Assembly: GCA_043732485.1 (NCBI GenBank)
Contig: JAYTHP010000012.1
Location: forward strand, 1-19,987
Source: Oligoflexia bacterium
Lineage (GTDB): Bacteria > Bdellovibrionota > UBA1018
Direction: 5' to 3'
Length of the DNA: 19,987 bases
Every line of letters starts with the position of its first letter. The first letter of the stretch is position 1. Made by a program: the position numbers and the translations under genes. Of this stretch, positions 16,246 to 19,987 are shown in pieces. The notes below the pieces were generated by a model, which saw nothing but the letters and a program-made list of their open reading frames with translations, did no database searches and was not told the origin of the DNA.

Positions 16246-16823
16246 TGACCAGTCACGGAAAATGTACGGGGATTTCGATTATCGACTCGATCCCCATTAT
16301 TATCTGCCACAACAAGCGAATCAATCCCCATAAATCCGTCGAGAACTTAGCAGTGAGAGGGAAAAGTAGTATGGAGTGGTTTTCGGGTTTAAGTTGCATA
16401 TTGTGATCAATGAGCTTGGGGAGATTTTAGCTTTTAAAATGACGCCAGGTAATGCCAGCGACATAAAATCAGTGGAACCCTTATCGAAAGCCCTATCGGT
16501 AAGCTACTTGGCGATCGAGGCTCTGTCAGCAAAAAAGTTTTTCACACCTTAATGGCAAAAAGCCTCAAGCTGGTCACTCAGGTTCGATCGAATATGAAAA
16601 AAATTTTGGACTCTGCCGACGGCCTGCTGTTGAGGAAAGAATCATTAGTTGGTTCCGTTTTCACATCTTTAAAGATGTTTTGACTATGGATTATACGAGG
16701 CAACGAAGCCCAGTTAACTTTATGGTCAATATGATTTTTGGCTTGGCTGCCTATTGGCTTTCCGATCATAAGCGAAAAATGAGACTACCAAAAGCCTCAT
16801 CAAAATCACTTCTGATAGCGTGA
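16246..16823 (+). mobile_element. IS982-family transposase remnant, 5'-truncated
   Basis: Across frames: GKCTGISIIDS-PIIICHNKRI...RGKSSMEWF / GFKLHIVINELGEILAFKMTPGN-SD / GKLLGDRG...QVRSNMK...LLLRK / TRQRSPVNFMVNMIFGLAAY. Frameshifts near 16383, 16494 and 16660. Stop TGA 16821-16823. Confidence 0.9.
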
Positions 16824-16879
16824 TTGCACCGTTTCTCAAGTCCAGTTTGCGTTTCTAGTAAAAGGGTTTCATTCTGCCA

Positions 16880-17256
16880 ACCGATTTTTTTGAATCCCCC
16901 AGAGAAGAGCTCCTGAGAAGACCCTTTCTCAATGCCACAGTCACAATGTCATGCTACAGTTTGAACGAGAGGAGGCGGCGACGCCGGCGATGGTGGTTGG
17001 TGGTGGTCGTGGGGCGTTCTCAAGCGCATCAGCACACCTGTTCTGCTTTGGGGTCGTTCTTTTCGTCTTGGTGTATCGCTTGAAACAGGGATTTTGCGGA
17101 TATTTTTGCTGCGCCTGGCTAATTGCAGTCCTTGCTGAGGGCGCTAGAGAAACGTGCTGGCGGAGGGCTTGGGCAAAGTGTGGGCTTACCGTCTGTTCTG
17201 ACGACGATCAAAGCGTGAGGGCTGAGAGCTGCGAGTGGCTGCGGAGTCAGGCTTAG
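16880..17256 (+). pseudogene. 3' fragment of a paralogue of the orphan ORF 11341-12951
   Basis: GVVLFVLVYRLKQGF...AWLIAVLAEG...VCSDDDQ matches GVFLCVLAHRLKHDF...AWSIAEVVEG...VCASDDQ. It starts just after the IS982 relic. Left boundary uncertain. Confidence 0.55.
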
Positions 17257-17350
17257 GGGTGGGTGCAGGGATTTTTAGCAGTGCAGTGAGTTGCGTGGGG
17301 ACCCTTGCCAGGTTCTTGCAGATCCTCTTGGGGTTTCAACTCAGAACACG

Positions 17351-17396
17351 CTCAAAAGCTGCTCCCCCTAGTGGAACGGGACCCTCGGGGCTCAAA
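17351..17396. repeat. Conserved 46-bp intergenic block, copy B
   Basis: CTCAAAAGCTGCTCCCCCTAGTGGAACGGGACCCTCGGGGCTCAAA. Confidence 0.95.
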
Positions 17397-17505
17397 TAGG
17401 CGTTTTCCGATAACGGGCACTTTTTGTTGCTCTCGAGCGCAAACTGGGGGCAAGACCAAAAGAGCGCGCAAGCAGCCCCCCGAGGCGAGGTGAAAGGCAC
17501 CTGAT

Positions 17506-17526
17506 GACGACGACGACGACGACGAC
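17506..17526. repeat. (GAC)7 microsatellite
   Basis: Seven exact GAC units ending 25 nt from the propeller stop codon. Confidence 0.95.
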
Positions 17527-17551
17527 GAGAGAGCTGCTCATGCTGTTGCTC

Positions 17552-19351
17552 TTATTGCACTGGGATACTGAAGACGGAGCCCAATCCTGGTAATCCCAAG
17601 GTCATGCCAAAAACAGTGGTGCGATCCGCTGATAAAATCAGGGAGCCTTGGGGCGAGCCTTGATCGTTAGCACTACCGGTAAACGAATGCAGAATGCTCA
17701 AATTTCCTCCGCTGGTAGGAAGACTAAAAATCACTCCCTTATCCGCTACTCCTCCCTTCTCTGTCATGCCGAAGAGTTTGGAGCCATCCGCGGAGAGGTT
17801 GAGAGCGCCTTGAGGACTGGATCCGTCATTGGGCCCGCCTGCAAAGAAATGGAAATAGTTCGGTGATCCGCCAGTCACCGGGATGCTAAAAATTGATCCG
17901 CGACCTGCCGGTCCGCCATCGAGCGTCATGCCGTAGAGCTTGGAGCCGTCAGGTGACAGGGTCAAGGAGCCAAACGGTAGACCCCCGTCGCCGGGTCCGT
18001 TCGTGAAGAAGTGGAGGTAGGTGGGGCTGCCTCCTGTGGCCGGGATACTAAAAATCGACCCCCCATGAAAAGTCGCCGGTCCGCCGTAAGCCGTCATGCC
18101 GTAAAGCGTTGCGCCGTCTTGAGAAAGCACCAAAGCGCCCAAGGGTATCGATCCATCGCTAGTGGTCGCTTTAAAGGAGTAAAGATAGGTGGGGGAGCCT
18201 CCCGTGATAGGAAGACTAAAAAGAGTACCGTAATTGCTGAAGCTCGTTGTTCCTGGACCCGCTGCTGCGCCATTAGCCGTGGCGCCGTAAAGCGTTGCGC
18301 CGTCCATTGAGAGCGTCAATGAGCCTCGAGGTCCGAAGCCCCCGGAGGCTTTAAACAGGGTGAGGTAGGTCGGGCTCCCGCCAGCTGCCGGGATGCTGAA
18401 AATAGTGCCGTATCCTGGAGCGCTTCCTTCTCCTCCTCCTGAGGTCATGCCGTAAAGCGTTGCGCCGTCGGCCGAGACGGTGAGTGAACCGGTGGGAGCC
18501 TGACCGTCACCTACGCCGCCTGTGAAGAAGTGGAGGTAAGTTGGGCTTCCTCCTGCCGCAGGCATCTTAAAAATTGACCCGGCACCCAAGGGTCCCCCAC
18601 GGTTGGTCATGCCGTAAAGGGTCAAACCATCAGGAGACAGGCTCAAAGAGTCCATGGGTCCAGCCCCATCGCTGTTGCCGCCTTGAAAGAGATAGCGGAC
18701 GCTATAGGCAAGCAGCTCAATGATGATGGCAGCAGGGCTAGCGCTGCTGGTTAGCTGACTGCCGTTTAAGGTCGCCCTCAAAATGCACTGACCAGGCTGG
18801 GTTGCTGTAAAGGTTGCGGTGTAAACGCCATTTCCTTGACTGGTGATTGGACCAAAGCTACCGGTACCGCTCGTGGGCAGCGGGCTGCTGACAATAAAGC
18901 TCTGCGCGACGATCCCACTCGGGTTAGAAATGCCTGAAGCATCGCGAGCCGTTAAGGTCACGGTCATGGAGCTTCCCACTAGCAGCCCGGCGGCGCTGCT
19001 GGTGACCTGGCTTTGCGTGAGCGAAAAGACTCCGGGTGCTGCAACTTTTTCTCCTGATCCTAGTTCTACCCCTGTCCCTACTCCTACTCCGTTAGGATTG
19101 CCTGTGCTCCCAAGCGTGGCGCCTCCTGTAGAAGTGCTGCCGCCTGCACTAGCTGGTGGGCGTTTGGCGACACAGCCCGACGACGCCAGAAGCATCAGGC
19201 AGGCAAAACTCATAAGCCTCATTCGCTGAGATACCTTGGACTGTGCGGAGGGTGCAGAAGTCTGGCTTGCGGATTTTTGTGATGACAGGTGTGATACGAG
19301 GTTGTTGTTGTGGTTCATCTTCCTAAACTTTCTTGCTTGCGTGAGGTGCAT
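17552..19351 (-). CDS. Putative surface lipoprotein: G/S/T linker, invasin-like Ig domain, 7 Gloeo_Verruco (GloVer)-type repeats (beta-propeller)
   Basis: 599 aa. Signal-like MRLMSFACLMLLASSG-C (Cys60; alternative start Met44 at 19222). Ig-like segment ~19027-18720 (SQVTSS...VTLTARDASG...GNGVYTATFTATQPG...ATLNG). Seven repeats of LxLSxDGxxLYGMTxxGG...GSIFSxPxxGGSPTYLxFF. Confidence 0.88.
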   Translation of the reverse strand: MHLTQARKFRKMNHNNNLVSHLSSQKSASQTSAPSAQSKVSQRMRLMSFACLMLLASSGCVAKRPPASAGGSTSTGGATLGSTGNPNGVGVGTGVELGSGEKVAAPGVFSLTQSQVTSSAAGLLVGSSMTVTLTARDASGISNPSGIVAQSFIVSSPLPTSGTGSFGPITSQGNGVYTATFTATQPGQCILRATLNGSQLTSSASPAAIIIELLAYSVRYLFQGGNSDGAGPMDSLSLSPDGLTLYGMTNRGGPLGAGSIFKMPAAGGSPTYLHFFTGGVGDGQAPTGSLTVSADGATLYGMTSGGGEGSAPGYGTIFSIPAAGGSPTYLTLFKASGGFGPRGSLTLSMDGATLYGATANGAAAGPGTTSFSNYGTLFSLPITGGSPTYLYSFKATTSDGSIPLGALVLSQDGATLYGMTAYGGPATFHGGSIFSIPATGGSPTYLHFFTNGPGDGGLPFGSLTLSPDGSKLYGMTLDGGPAGRGSIFSIPVTGGSPNYFHFFAGGPNDGSSPQGALNLSADGSKLFGMTEKGGVADKGVIFSLPTSGGNLSILHSFTGSANDQGSPQGSLILSADRTTVFGMTLGLPGLGSVFSIPVQ

Positions 19352-19822
19352 TTTTTTAGTGTTTATTTTTAAGGGGGGGTGCCGCTTTCCAGCCCCCGGC
19401 GGCTTACTGACCTACCCCATCATCTAGTTTCATGAGCTGGCCTCACCCTCTGGGGCTTGCTTCATTAGCCGCAATCGTTCGGCTCGGTAGGCCTAACCAT
19501 CAAGGACTTAAAGGCTTTCTCTTTTGTGGCTCAAGGGATCCCCGCCAAGATTTCCTGTTTCTCGCACTCAAAAACCGCCGCAGCTGGAGCGGTCTGATGG
19601 ACGACGAAGCTAAAAACGCGGCAGAACTGATGACTCTTAGTCTAGCATTAAGATAAAATTATTTGGAATATTTTATTGCTCAAAAAAACGATCCATGGAA
19701 GCGATGCTTGTTCATCTGAGTGAACCTCGGATGGCCCTTCATTAAGAGTGAGCGCCGACGCCAAGTGTTTGCAAGAAGAGGTGGGGGTGTGTCTGTGATG
19801 AGCCTTCCTGGGTTGTCGAAAT

Positions 19823-19987
19823 CTATTTAATAAATTGACGTCTCAGGCCCGTTTTTTCAGAAATTTCCTCTAACCTGGTGTCTCTTGAGCTATAAAGTCG
19901 ACCGATCCAGTCAGTCTTTGAGGTAACGTTTTTTGACCTAGTTTTGAAGTTCCGCAAAAATCGAATCGTTTCTTCGCTCTTGCAGTA
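19823..19987 (-). CDS. Possible 3' end of a gene entering from the right edge
   Basis: Frame open for 54 codons from the window edge to TAG (19825-19823), ending ...RLEEISEKTGLRRQFIK, which loosely resembles a helix-turn-helix. Confidence 0.3.
   Translation of the reverse strand, partial: YCKSEETIRFLRNFKTRSKNVTSKTDWIGRLYSSRDTRLEEISEKTGLRRQFIK

Larger units (their letters stand above)
17010..19390. repeat. Diverged direct segmental duplication, copy B
   Basis: Collinear with ~12735-15150. Boundaries approximate. Confidence 0.9.

Noticed and set aside
16833..16852. IS982 right terminal inverted repeat
   Set aside because: Position is plausible but the sequence is degenerate and there is no left end to pair it with.
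17287..17343. Integron attC site
   Set aside because: The hairpin runs GTTG...CAAC, the reverse of the RYYYAAC...GTTRRRY arrangement, and no integrase is present.
13184..17396. CRISPR repeats
   Set aside because: Only two copies, 4.2 kb apart, inside a larger duplication. No spacer array or cas genes.
17438..17480. c-di-GMP-I riboswitch-like GCAAAC...CGCAAGC
   Set aside because: Stem and tetraloop/receptor are not properly formed, the motif is not conserved in copy A, and no gene lies downstream on that strand.
17488..17530. Hammerhead ribozyme suggested by GAAA and CTGATGA
   Set aside because: The elements are only 5 nt apart, leaving no room for the required stems, and CTGATGA is absent from copy A.
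528..19229. Numerous 60-130 aa ORFs overlapping or antisense to the called genes (e.g. 528-719, 5151-5462, 8727-9071, 11642-11980, 18843-19229)
   Set aside because: Shadow frames of well-supported genes, with no motifs or independent evidence.
13361..19351. Diversity-generating retroelement (template/variable repeat pair)
   Set aside because: Differences between the copies involve all four bases plus indels, not adenine-specific changes, and no reverse transcriptase is present in the window.
19432..19656. 74-aa + strand ORF
   Set aside because: No RBS or recognisable motif. It cannot be supported, though a small gene is not excluded.

Overview
Bacterial chromosomal window in two parts. The left ~11 kb carries intact, recognisable genes: the 3' end of an acyltransferase-3 (OafA-like) gene, an XRE-HTH regulator with an N-terminal AT-hook-like motif, an APC amino-acid permease, a Cys-type glutathione peroxidase, a GltP-like symporter, a SWIM-SNF2 helicase with low-complexity insertions, and a long acyl-CoA dehydrogenase. 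The right ~9 kb is accessory. It contains a diverged tandem duplication of a convergent two-gene unit: an orphan + strand ORF facing a - strand lipoprotein with an invasin-like Ig domain and a 7-repeat Gloeo_Verruco (GloVer)-type beta-propeller. The copies appear to have decayed reciprocally. The left copy keeps the orphan ORF but its propeller gene is frameshifted. The right copy keeps the propeller gene but only a 3' fragment of the orphan. Between them lie head-to-head, 5'-truncated IS3 and IS982 relics. The spacer between the convergent genes has long hairpins and a 46-bp block that is 44/46 identical between copies. No rRNA, tRNA, CRISPR array or reverse transcriptase was seen. All family assignments come from motif recognition by eye, not database searches.
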